From positions 170,564,001-170,628,000 of the forward strand of contig NC_086097.1 in the NCBI RefSeq assembly GCF_963921235.1: DNA of 64,000 nt, written 5' to 3'. The number at the start of each line of letters is the position of its first letter. Position 1 is the stretch's first letter. This stretch comes from Mobula hypostoma (lineage: Eukaryota). Below, piece after piece: positions 37,650 through 50,125 of this stretch. The notes under the pieces were generated by a model. The model was not told the origin of the DNA and did not search any database. It worked only from the letters and a program-made list of their open reading frames with translations. A program made the position numbers and the translations under genes.

Positions 37650-40465
37650 AGCAGGAGGACATGGTCCATGTAAGCACCATTGACATGGGTAGGACGAGTG
37701 ACGAGGTTCTCCATAGGGAGTTCAGGGAGTTAGGTGCAAAGTTAAAGGGCAGAACCTCGAGAGTTGTGATCCCAGGACTGCTACCTATGCTACATGCTAG
37801 TGAGGCCAGAGCTAGGAAGATGCTACAGTTTAATACGTGGCTAAGGAGTTGGTGTAGGAAAGAGGGCTTAAAGAATTTTGGATCATTGTGCTCTCTTCCA
37901 GGGAATGTGGGGCCAGTATGGAAGGAACACACATAAAAGAAAAATACTGGTGAACGCAGCAGGCCAGGCAGCATCTATAGGAAGAGGTACAGTTAACGTT
38001 TTGGGCTGAGACCCTTTGTCAGGACTAACATAGAAGGTATAGAAGGGATGGTTTGCACCTGAACTGGAGGGGGACTAATATCTAGTGGGAAGGTTTCTTA
38101 ATGCTGCACGGTGGGGTTTAAATTAGAGTTGCAGGGGGATGGGAACCAGAGTGCCAGAGCAGAGGTTGTTGAGCATAGTGCGACCTGCTGTCCTGAGCTG
38201 TGTATATTTCAGTGCAAATGTATCGTAGGAAAGGTGGATAAACTCAGGGCATGGATCAACACCTGGAATTATGATGTTATAGCCATTAGTGAGTCTTGGT
38301 TGTAGGAGGGGTAGGACTTAGCAGCTCAATATTCCAGAGTTCCGAAGTTTCAGACATGACAGAGTGGGAGGGATTAAAGGAGGAGGGGTGGCGTTACTAG
38401 TCAGGGGAAAATGTCACGGCAGTGCTCAGTCAAAACAGATTGGAGAACTGGTCTAGTGAGGTGTTATGCGTGGAGCTGAGAAATAAGAATGGTATGACCA
38501 CATTAATGGGGCTATATTACAGACCACCCAACAGTCCTAGGGATTTAGAGGAAAAAATTTGTAAAGAAAAATGGCAGACTGTTGTAAGAAACATAATGTT
38601 GTTACAGTAGGTGATTTTAACTTTCCACATATTGACTGTGAATCCCATACTGTAACAGGACTAGATGGGATCGAGTTTGTCAAATGTTTTCAGGAAAATT
38701 TCCTTCATCAGTGCTTAAAGTCCCAATGAGAAAGCATGTGATACAGGATCTGCTATTGGGGAATGAGGCAGGGCAGGTGACAGGAGTCTGTGTAGGGGAA
38801 CACTTTGCATCTAGTGACCACAATGCTATTAGTTTCAAAGTAAATATGGATGTTAAATAATGTTTTTGCATCTGTATTTACTCAGGAGATGGACACAGAG
38901 TCTGTAGAAGTGAGACAAAGTGGCACCAACTTAATGGACCCTGTACAGATTACAGAGGAGTAATTGTTTGTTATCTGAAGCAAATCGGGGTGGATAAATC
39001 CGCATGGCCTGAGAAGGTGTTCGTTCAGACTCTACAGGAGGCAAATGCACAAATTGCCAGGGTTGTCCTGCTGTTTAAAAAAGGCTCTAAACATAAACCA
39101 GGAAATTCTGGGCCGGTGAGTCTGACATTAGCAGTGGGAAAGCTACTGAAAGGTATTCTAAGGAACTGGATATATAAGTGCTTGAATAGACATGGACTGA
39201 TTAAGGATAGTCAGCACGGCTTTGTACATGGTAGGTGGTGTCTAACCAATCTTATAGAGCTTTTCGAGGAAGTTACTAGGAAAGTTGATGAAGGCAAGAC
39301 AGTGAACATTGTATACATGGACTTTAGCAAGGCACTTGACAAGGTCCCACATGGGAGATTGGTCAAAAGGATTCAGTTGCTCTGTATTTAAGATGAGATA
39401 ATAAATTAGATTAGATATTGTCTTTGTGGGAGAAGCGTAGTAGCAGATGGTTGCCTCTCTGACTGAAGGTCTGTGACTAGTGGTGCGCCGCAGGGACTGG
39501 TGTGGGGCCCTTTGTTGTTTGTCAGCTATGTTAATGATCTGAATGATATTGTGGTTATCTAGATCAGAAAATTTGCAGATGACACCAAGATTGGGGTATA
39601 GTAGACAGCGAGGAAGCCTTTCATGGCTTCTAGAGGGATTTGCATCAGCTGGAAAAATGGCAGATGGAATTTAACACAGGCAAGTGTGAGGTTTTTCACT
39701 TTGGTAGGATCAACCCAGGTAGGTCTTACACCGAGAACGGTAGGGCACTGAGGGGTGTGGTGGAACAAAGGTATTTAGGAATACAGGTCTGTAATTCGTT
39801 GAAAGTAGCATCAAGGTAGATAGAGTTGTAAAGAAAGCTTTTGGCACATTGATCTTCGTAAACCAATGTATTGAGTACAGAAGAAGGGATGTTATGTTGA
39901 AATTGTACAAGATGTTGGTGAAGCCTAATTTGGAGTGTTGTGTGCAGTTTTGGTCACCTACTTACAGGAAAGATGTAAACAATATTGAAAGAGTACAGAG
40001 AAAATTTACAAAGTTTTTGCCAGGTCTGGAGGACCTGAATTTCAAAGAAAGATTGAATTGGTTAGGACTATATTCCTTAGAATGTAAAAAATGGAGAAAA
40101 GATTTAAGAGAGGTACTATATAAAATGATGAAGGGTACAGATAGGATTAATGCAAGCAGTCTTTTTCCACTGAGGTTGGATGGGACTACAACCCGAGGTC
40201 ATTGGTTAAGGGTGAAAGGTGAAACATTTAAGGTGAAAATGAGGGGAAACTTCTTTACTCAGAGGGTTGTGAGAGTGTGGAATGAGCTCTATGCAAGCTG
40301 GATCTGAACATATTAAGGAAGTTTGGATAGGTACATGGATGGTAGGGGTAAGGAGGGTTATGGTCCCGGTGCAGGTCGATGGAAGTTGGCAGTTTAAATG
40401 ATTTTGGCATGGACTAGATGAGCTGAAGGGCCTGTTTCTGTTCTGTACTTCTCTATGACTCTAGT
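37650..40465 (+). mobile_element. CR1 LINE (partial ORF1 esterase, APE, internal deletion at about 38850, RT, 3' UTR)
   Basis: HREFRELGAKLK, DGLHLN, IAISESW, YYRPP, SDHN, QHGF, YMDFSKA.DKVPH, KFADDTK, TRGH; tail ctatgactcta. Confidence 0.92.
37926..38036 (-). mobile_element. 111-bp PLE terminus (HHR + tail only) inserted in CR1 ORF1
   Basis: Matches 6205-6303; flanked by GTATGGAAGG (37916-37925) and GTATAGAAGG (38037-38046). Confidence 0.85.
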
Positions 40466-41885
40466 AATACCTTTCCTGATTTTGAATACCTCCATAAGTC
40501 CTCCCCTCATTCTCATGTGTTCCAGGGAATAAAGTAATAACCTATTTCACTTTTCCTTTTAACTCAGGTCCTCAAAGCCTGGGGAAACATTTGTAAATTT
40601 TCCCTGCACTCTTTCAAGCATATTGATATCTTTCCTGTAGGAAGGTGACTAGAACTGCACTCAATTCTCTAAATTCGACCTTACCTTCGTCATGTTCAAA
40701 TTCACAATTTAATCGGCAAAGTGGCAGATGGAGTTAAATCTAGGCAAGTGTGGAGGTTTTGCAGTTTTGTGGGGGGAGGGGGGAAGAAAGGAGAAAGTAT
40801 ACAGTAAATGATAGTCACCTTAACAGTATTAATGTACAGAGGGATCTTGAGATTCAAATGCATACTTCACTAAAAGTGGCCATGCAAGTGGATAAAGTGG
40901 TAAGGAAGGCATCTTGCCTTCACTGGGAGGTTTGTTGCATGTACAAGTAAGCAAGTCACGATGCTGCTATGTAAAACTTCAGTCAGACTGCACTCGGACC
41001 ATTATGTGCAGTCCTGCTCACCCTGTTATAGGAAGGATGGGAGACTGTGGAGAGGGAGTAAATGAGGTTTAGAAGGGTGCTGCCTGGATTAGACTGTAAG
41101 CTCTAAGGAAAGTTTGGACAAACAGGGTTTTTTCTCCCTAGAGCATCAGGAGTTGAGGGGAGACTTAATAGAGTTCTTAAAATTAGGAGAAGCACAGATA
41201 GAGTAGACATCCAGAATATTTTCTCCAGGGTTGACATGAGGGGTAAGTTTTTTTTAACACAGAGAGTGGTAGGAGCCTGGAATGGATTACTAAGGGGTAG
41301 TGGTGGAATCATGCAGTTTGCTGGACTTTAGGAGGCCTTTTGATTGACACATAAATATGGAGAGAATGAAGGGATATGGATGATGCATGGGAAGAGGATA
41401 TTTAGTATAAATTGGCATCAAGATTGGTAAACTATCATGGGCCAAATGACTGTTCAGAGCTGTACTATGTAATGTGGTTTCCCCAGTGTGTTTCTTCACT
41501 ACATTCCTTAACAGTTTCTGAAGGACAGAGCATATTTACACAGAACACTGCCACAAGAAAGCAGCATCCATCATCAAGTCCCCCAGCATCCAGGCCTTGC
41601 TCTCCTTTCACTACCACCACTGGGCAAAAGGTACAGGAACCACGGGACATAAAGACTGACTTCCCAGGACTTTGCAACTCATGTTCTCAGTATTCTTTAT
41701 TTTTTATTTGCACAAATTGTCTTCTTTTGCACATTGGCTCTTTTTGTTTGCCTTTGTTTATGAATCATTTTTCATAAATTCTGTTGTGTTTCATTATTTT
41801 CTTGTAAATGCCAGCAAGAAAATGAACCTCAAGGCAGAATGTGGTAACATATACTAAGTACTTTGAAAATAAATTTACATTCACA
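40466..41885. mobile_element. CR1 fragments (minus about 40466-40700; plus about 40715-41470) and a Rex-like tail (about 41545-41885)
   Basis: WQME..KCGGL..QRDLEIQ; tail taagtactttgaaaataaattt. Confidence 0.7.
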
Positions 41886-43111
41886 TCAACTTTGGAGGTC
41901 TCTTTTTCCCGTTCTCTGGGTAAACATGCTTCTCTTGATTTTCCTATCAGATTCATGAATAATTGTCTTATTCTAATGGCCCCCGGTGTTCCATCCACCT
42001 TATTACACCTCCTCTTGATTCTAGATTACCTCCAAGTTTTGATGAGAAGGACCATAAATAGCTTTGCTCTAATTTATAGGGGCATAAGACTTGGGGATTC
42101 AGAAGATCCAGTTCACAGGGTGTTCGACTGGAACATTTTTTCCCTTGCTTCCCTCCCCACAAGCCCAGCTCACTTCCACATACAGACTCACCTTTATCGT
42201 AATGCCATAAGGCCATAAAACATAAGAGCAGAATTAGGCCATTCGGTTCATCTTTCTTCCCAAAATAGGATTGATATTCAAATGAACTGAAGAATGCTTC
42301 CTTTGTCGCCATGTTGACATCACATATGTATTGTGGATGAATGGAATGCAAGACCTCGTACAGTGACTGAAGACAAAGGAAGTCCCATTTAGTATATTTG
42401 TAACTTGTTTGAATAAAATGTATTTTTGGCAAAAAAGGCAACTATTGCCAGCCTGTGCTCTGGGCTCTGTGAGCTGGAGCCAATATTCATATCACTGCTG
42501 ATTCTTCTCAATAGTTTAATAATTCCTTTGTGCTTTTTTCAATGGGAAGTTTAATCTGACAGGTCTTCCTATACTCAGAATAGACTACTTTATGTCTGAA
42601 ATAACCTTATTGAAATAGTCGTTTTGCTGAGGCAGCGTTGGGGAAATGAGGAGGGGAGGGGATAAGAGATTAGGAAATTATCAGTTAGAGGATGGCAAAG
42701 CTTAGGGAGGGAACTGGAGCCTGAAACTCACTGACTGCCTAAATGCTAGGAGAGTGGACGACATTGAGATCCCAAGGGTCTGTAAGGCTGGAGGGGGCTA
42801 TAATAATAGGTCGGAATATGAAATGAATGAATTCCGGTGTTTAGGATACTGGTGCCTGAAGCCACAAATGTCAAGAGTGGAAATTCTGGGATTTTTTTTT
42901 TAGGAACTATCCACAGGAGGAAGCTACAGAGACAGAGAAGGATATGAAGAGATTTGAATACCAGGATGAGAGTTGACTATTTGAGATTATTTCCTGCAGG
43001 TCACCAAGAAAAGAGGCAATAAGCAAATGGGGCAGGGTTCAATTGATGATACAGACAGAAGAGTGCTGGCTGAGTTCAGGGGGCTGATAAGGGGAGAAGG
43101 TTGGAGCACTC

Positions 43112-45020
43112 AGGTCAGAATCAAAAACGGCTTTATTAGCACTGACATATGTGATGTGAAATTGGCTGTTTTGTGGTAGCAGTACCTTGTAAAAACTTAA
43201 AATTACTATAAATAACAAAAATAAATAAATTGTGCAATACTGAAGGAATAACAAGATAGTGTTCATGGATTCGTAGACTGTTGGCGCGGGGAGGAGGCTG
43301 TTACTGAATCATTCAGTATCAGCCTTCAAGCTCCTGTGCCTCCTCCCTGATAGTAGTTACGAGAAGAAGGCATGTTCTGGACAGTGAGAGTCCTTCATGA
43401 TTTTCCTGAGATATAGACTCTTGAAGATAGAAAGAAACAGAGAAACATAGAAAACCCACAGCACAATATAGGCCCTTCAACCCACAAAGTTTTGCCAAAC
43501 ATGTCCTTGCCTTAGAAATTACCTAGGGTTACCTGTAGCCCTCTATTTTTCTAAGCTGCATGTACCTGTCCAGGAGTCTCTTAAAAGACCCTATTGTAAC
43601 TGCCTCCACCACAGTCGCCGGCAGCCCATTCCATGCACTCACCACTAAAAAAAAAACCTACCCCTGACATCTACTCTGTACCTACTTCCAAGCACTTTAA
43701 AACTGTCTCCTCTCGTGACAGCCATTTCAGCCCTGGGAAAAAGCCTCTGATTATCCACATGATCATCATCTTATACACCTCTATCAGGTCACTTTTCATC
43801 CTCCGTCGCTCCAGGGAAAAAAGGGCGAGTTCGCTCAACCTATTCTCATAAGGCATACTCCTCAATCCTGGCAACATCCTTGTAAATATCCTCTGCACCC
43901 TTTCTATGGTTTCCACATCCTTCCCGTAATGAAGTGACCAGAACTGAGCACAGTACTCCAAGTGGGGTCTGACCAGGCTCCTATATAGCTGCAACATTAC
44001 CTCTTGGCTCCTAAACTCAATCCCATGATTGATGAAGGCCAATGCACCGTACGCCTTCTTAGCCACAGAGTCAACCTGCGCAGCAGCTTTGAGTGTCCTA
44101 TGGACTTGGACCCCAAGATCCCTCTGATCCTCCACACTGCCCAGAATCTTACCATTAATACTATATTCTGCCATCATATTTGACCTACCAAAATGAACCA
44201 CCTCACACTTATCTGCGTTGAACTCCATCTGCCACTTCTTAGCCCAGTTTTGCATTCTATCGATGTCCCGCTGTGACCTCTGACATCCCTCCACACTATC
44301 CACAACACCCCCAACCTTTGTGTCATCCGAAAATTTACTAACCCATCCCCCCATTTCCTCATCCAGGTCAGTTATGAAAATCATGAGTAGGGGTCCCACT
44401 ACTGATCACTGACCTCCATGCAGAATATGACCCGTCTACAACCATTCTTTGCCTTCTGTGAGCAAGCCAGTTCTGGATCCACAAAGCAATGTCCCTTTTG
44501 GATTCCATGCCTCCTTACATTCTCAATAAGCCTTGCATGGAGTACCTTATCAAATGCCTTGCTGAAATGCATATACACTACATCTATTGCTCTACCTTCA
44601 TCAAAATGTTTCGTCACATCCTCAAAAAATTCAATCAGGCTCGTAAGGCCTTTGACAAAGTCATGCTGATTATTCCTAATCATATTATCCCTCTCCAAAT
44701 GTTCATAAGTCCTGCCTCTCAGTATCTGGACATCAGTATCTCAAGATGTCCTCGACGGTGGGGAGAATTGTGCTTGTGTTGGAACTAGCTGAGTTAACAA
44801 TCCTCTGCAGACGCTTGTGATCCTGCACATTGCAATCTCTATACCATGCTATAATACCATCAGTCAGAATGCTGTCCAACATACATCTATATAAAAAAAA
44901 CTCTAACAGCCATTTGTGAAATACCAATTTCTAACAAAGTATAGCCACCGGCTTTGATTGCATCCATGTGCTGGACCCAGGATAGATCCTCCAAGGCATT
45001 GTTGCACAGGAACCTGAGGA
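43112..45020 (-). mobile_element. Rex-like element (43112-43430 and 44742-45020) split by a CR1 insertion
   Basis: ctcttgaagat | gtcctcgacggtgggg rejoins to match 30632-30660. Confidence 0.75.
43431..44730 (-). mobile_element. CR1 LINE, 5'-truncated (RT + 3' UTR)
   Basis: ORFs 44399..44698 and 43671..44399: QHDFVKG, YMHFSKAFDKV, KFSDDTK, LVRPHLEYC; (ATAGAAAC)-like reversed tail. Confidence 0.92.
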
Positions 45021-45124
45021 TCATGGGGTATGATCAGCACTGATTGGGGTTTCAGCTGTGGCAGGGGCAATGGCAAGTAATGAAAACAGTAAGGATTCCA
45101 TAGTGTAGCAGGCTTGGGGATTTT

Positions 45125-45900
45125 ATTTTTATGGTAGACAATTTTCTAAATGGAGAGAAAATTCAAAAATATGAGATGCAAAGGGACTTGGAAGTCCTTG
45201 AGCAAGATTCTCTAAAGGTTAATTTGCAGGTTGAGTTAGTGGTGAGGAAGGCAATTGTGATGTTAGCATTCATTTCAAGAGGACTGGAATATAAAATCAA
45301 GGATTTTATATTTATAAAGCACTGGTGAAGCCCCACTTGTTGTGAACAGTTATGGGTCCCTTATCTGATAAAAGATGTTTGGGCACCTTATAGAAATGTG
45401 GATTTGCAGACATTGGAGAGGGTTCAAAAAGGGGTCACAAAACAGATTCTGGGATTGAAAGGAATGTTTGATGGCTCTGGGCCTCTACTCACTGTTATTC
45501 AGAAGAATGACGGGTTACCTCATTGAAACCTATCAAATGTGAAAGACCTCAGTAGAGTGGATGTGGAGAGAATGTTTCCTATGGTGGGGAAGTCTAAGAC
45601 CAGAGGACACTGCCTCAGAATAGAGAGACAGCTATTTAGAACAGAGATGAGGAAGAACTTCTTTAGCCAGAGAGTGGTGAATCTGTGGAATTCACTGCTA
45701 CGGGTAGCTGTGGAGTCCAAGTCATTGGGTATATTTAAGGCAGATGTTGATAGACTCTTGATGAGTCAGGGCATGAAGGGAAATGGGGAGAAGGCAGGAG
45801 ACTGGGCTGAAGAGAAAATGGATTAACCATGATGAAATGGGCGGAGCAGACTTGATGGGTCAAATGGCCTACTCTTCATCCTATATCTCATGGTCATTTC
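45125..45900 (+). mobile_element. CR1 3' fragment
   Basis: QRDLEVL, MFPMVG.SKTRGH, RKNFFSQRVVNLWNSL. Confidence 0.88.
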
Positions 45901-46317
45901 CGATGAGTAGATTTTCTGGATATTGGATATTGCTCCTCTTATCACACTTACATTTGTACTTGCATGCTACAGAGTAGTGTAATGCATTTCCTCGTAAACC
46001 CTGCATATTTAATGAGAACAAGAAATTTAACCTTGGGAAGCTTCAGGTTGTGAATTTCAGCTGGTATGTTTCAGCGTGCCCCAGACCTCCTGTTGTTCTC
46101 AACTCTGATCTCAGTTCTGGTCTTGCACCCTGCCCAGATTCCCAGTAATACACCTGTGAGAAGGGAAAGCAGTGGATAACTTGTCCATGAAAAACAAGGA
46201 TTTGGGACAAGAGTTAAGTGCCAGCCCATCAGGATTTCCAAGCAATCAGATTTTGATATTGGTATTAGTATTGGTTTATTGTTGTCACATGCTCTGAGAG
46301 ACAGTGAAAAGCTTTTG

Positions 46318-46478
46318 AGCAATCCGCACAAAATGCCGGAGGAACTCAGTAGGAGGAAAATGAACAGTCAACATTCCAGCCCAAAAGCCTTCATCAGGAC
46401 TGCCCGACCTGCTGAGTTCCTCCAGCGTTTTGTGTGTTTTGCTCAAGATTTCCAGCATTTGCAGAATCTCTACTGTCT
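46318..46478. mobile_element. PLE-derived fold-back mini-element with a TSD, inside a Rex-like tail (about 46250-46690)
   Basis: Arms cacaaaatgccggaggaactcagtagg / cctgctgagttcctccagcgttttgtg; minus-strand CAGTC CTGATGA AGG in the centre; flanks CAGTGAAAAGCTTTTG / CAGTGAAAATGTTTTG. Confidence 0.85.
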
Positions 46479-46949
46479 CAGTGAAAATGTTTTGTTTACT
46501 TGCTAGCCAGCCAGGTCATTCCATACATATAGGCAGTGAAAGGAAAAGAGAACACAGAATACAGTGTTAGAGCTGCAGAGAAAGTGCAGCGCAGGCAGAC
46601 AAATCCGAGCTCATTTTTTTAGCATATGAAAAGTCCATTCAAGATTCTGAAAAAAGTGGGAGAGAAGCTATCCTTAGATATCACGTGCTACCAGTGTTTT
46701 AATGCAGTCACTATATTAAATGGTGCTTTTTGCATTCCAACCAGAAATCCTGGGGAAAATGGTGACATTAATCCACTACCACATCATAAGACAATACAAA
46801 GCTATTTGAATATAGGAGTATTTTTTTCTGCCATTGTATAGGGTAAGCCTTTGGAATTCTCTGCTCTAGTGGGTTGTGGAGGTTCATTCATCATGTTCGT
46901 TCAAAACAGAGAATGAGAATTTACTGGATTTGGGGATCAAGGAGTATAG

Positions 46950-47170
46950 GGATAGAGACACAAGATACTGAAGGTACTAGAATCTGGAGCAACAAGCAAT
47001 CTGCTGGAAGAACTCAACAGTGTGAGCAGCATCTGTGGGAAGAAAGGAACTGTCGAAGTTTTGGTTCAAAACCCTGCACCAGGACCATGTGGGGATTGGA
47101 AAATGGATCAGTAGTAGAAAAGCAGTCATCATCGTGAAGAATGGTGGAGCAAGCCCCAAGGACCATGGGC
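46950..47170 (-). mobile_element. PLE pLTR remnant
   Basis: ctgctggaagaactcaac..gcagcatctgtgg..decayed HHR. Confidence 0.65.
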
Positions 47171-48099
47171 CACTTTCAGCTCCCGGTGCTTATGGTGTTA
47201 AAGTATGTTGAATGCTATTGTATAGTCCAACAAATCTGGCCAATTTGCAGTCAGCACACCTATTTGCATTACAGTAGGTATTTGCATTGTTCTGAATACT
47301 TGCTTGGGGGGCGTATTCAAAGGCAACATTAGTTGAGAGAATATGTGTTCCTTCCCTTGAGCAAGCCCCAAACCACATTTTTACATTAACCAGATAATGA
47401 AAGAAGGTGCACGAGGGAATATTATGAGATTATGGAATATTCCAGTGGCAGACAAAGCCAGAGACACAACACAATGCATACTTCAGCCCATGCACACAAT
47501 ATATGGAGGCAGATCATTAAAACGAAATTGAAAAATCAACACTTTTGAATAAAGAAAATGGGATATTTATTACAGTAAACAATCTTCAAACACTCCCCAA
47601 CACCTTGATAATTGGGCACATTTCATTAGCTCAATGATGCTCCAATTTCTCTGCAATGTTTAGCTCAATCATGCAGTACTGAAGGAACCACTGAGTGAGT
47701 TATCCAGTCTGTCCTGGTCTCCTGCTGTAACTTCAAGGGTTTATCCCATTTCCCCTTTGAAAGTCCTGTTGATTCTGCTTCCTTTCAAGCTGTGCGTTCT
47801 AAATAAAAACATGCTGCAGAAAATAAATGCTTCATCTCTTCATTTTCCAATTACATTAAATTCATGGCTCCTGATTACAGCTCGAGGTACCAGTTTGAAT
47901 CCCAGCCGCCACACACTGACCCACGAATGGAGTGAGACACTCCTCCCCCAGAGTAGGAGGGAAAAACAAATATTCAGATGCTGGGCATCTGAATTAAGAA
48001 CACCATTAAGAGATTTGTATTATCCTCAGAAGGTCAAGAAGCACCTGTGGAAACAGAAACAGTTAATGCTTTAAGCAGAGCTGAGAAGAGGAGAAAACA

Positions 48100-48270
48100 A
48101 GGGATACAAGAGTTGCTGTTGCAGTTGCTGGAGTCTGGAGCAAATTAACAGGTCAGGCAGCATCTGTGGAGGGAAATGGACAGTTGATGTTCAGATAAAG
48201 GATTTCAATCGGTAACATCGCCCAGCAATATGCTGCCTAAACTGCTGAGTTCCTCTAGCACTCTGTGTGT
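48100..48270. mobile_element. PLE-derived fold-back mini-element (old)
   Basis: caggtcaggcagcat / atgctgcctaaactg inverted arms. Confidence 0.7.
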
Positions 48271-49774
48271 GGCGGAGAGAGAGAGAGAAAGAAAGGCAAA
48301 AAACAAGTTTGTTTGCAGGAGCAGAGGAGATTTGGGAGGAATGAGGGGAATATCTCTAATAGGATGAGATGAAATGGGGCAGTTACAAGCACATTATGCT
48401 TCAGTGTAACGCTAGTAGTAATGATGTGAGACATATATGCACATTAGAATGAACACATATACAGAAATGAGACAAATAGAGCCAACACAATTACTGGCAG
48501 GACGGAAAGAAATAAAGAGTTACCTGAAGATGGGCACTTGAGTAGCAGGAATCTAATCTATTGGTTCAAAGGCATAGGACAGACTTTAAAATCCAGATTG
48601 GGCAGGTGAACTTGGGTGTGAGGGTGAGGATTCTGTCTTTTATACCCTGTTGTGGAACCGGTCAAATGGCCCTGTATTAATTTCCCAAGCAGTAAACACC
48701 ACATTAGAAATGTGTCACCGAATTTCACAAAATGCGAGTTTACGTCTTCCCGTGCTGCAGTCAGGTGAGAGTCCCCCTTTGCGCAGGCGGACAACAGTAT
48801 AAATTGACATCAGGTCAGAGCAGACATCGTGAGTCGAAGGGCCTGTGCCTCTGCAGCACTGTGTGTGTCTGAGCAGCCTGTAAGAAGATCTAATTTCCCC
48901 ATTTCCCTTTCCAATTCACTGAGAAAGGTACTAAGCTTCAGTTTTTAAGCAGATTTGAAATCATAAATAACTTTTTCATTGGGTAAAATACCAAACGAAA
49001 AGCATCTAAAAAGAAATGCACAAGAAAGGAAGAGAATTTAGACTAATTTATAAATAACCTGTGCTGATGTGGTATGTTAGGACTGTCCAGGTTGGACTGT
49101 TATGGTTGTATTGAATACTACTTAGCAAATGGGTTGCTATTTCATATCTATAAAGGATAGCTCTGAGAATTAATCTTCATATTCACAGGAGCTCAGTTTG
49201 GATTCAAATCATGTAGGTATCCAGCAGCGTACAACATTACTGCATGGCCTTGAGGCATTCACCTTCCATGTAGTATGCTCCCATCCCTATCTTATTAGAA
49301 ATAAATAAATCATATCAAAGTGGCTCCATCCTGTATTATCACAAGGAAATGCAAAATAAGTTAGAGAGTTATAGATTCAACAAGAGGCTGCTTTTCTGTT
49401 TGTAGAGTAAAACAGCTCCAAGTTGCTTTGAATTGGAGGGTATCTGGTCATAAAGTGCAGACCTGTCATAGAATTTTCAAAGATCTGTTTGCTCCAGTAT
49501 TTACTTGTGGCTGTTGGCTTAGTTTGAGTAGATACAAGATAATATTGAATATAGGAAACCCCATCTTTCCAATTAAGTGAAAGATAGATAAGCTAGTGGT
49601 GCTGGCTTAATATGGCTCCTCAAATTATCGAGACAGGTGTGCTACTGGGAAGCCTCTCCTTTAGCTCACCTAGAATTGATCACTAGATCCACCTCAGGTG
49701 ATAAATTCAATCATCAAGTTTTTGGCTAGCTGACATCTGGAATGAATCTTTGAGAAGAGCAGATGGAAGACAAT

Positions 49775-50125
49775 GTTGCAGCATGTAGTGCTGGTGCTCC
49801 ACAATTCCAGAAGCCTGAGTTCAATCCTGTTCTCCAGTACAGTTCCTGTGGACTGTCCATGCGCTCCCTATGACACTGTAGATCTCAGGGTGCTCCAGTT
49901 CCATTCCACATCCCAACGATGAGTCGCATGGTTGGGTAACAGGCGACTGAACACTGTACTGTACCTCAGGTGCATGTGGGTGGTATTGGAATTGGGGGAG
50001 GGAGGGAGATGACAGGCATGTAAGAGCGAATGTTTACGGGGAGAAGAGCTGATGGGAATGCTCTGAGACTGACGTGTACTCAATGGGCTGGATGGCCTTT
50101 CTATGTTGTAAGGAAATATGATCAA
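49775..50125 (+). mobile_element. Old HE1/V-SINE-like SINE
   Basis: B-box-like gagttcaatcc; gggtgctccagtt..ccacatcccaa core; CR1-like tail. Confidence 0.7.
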
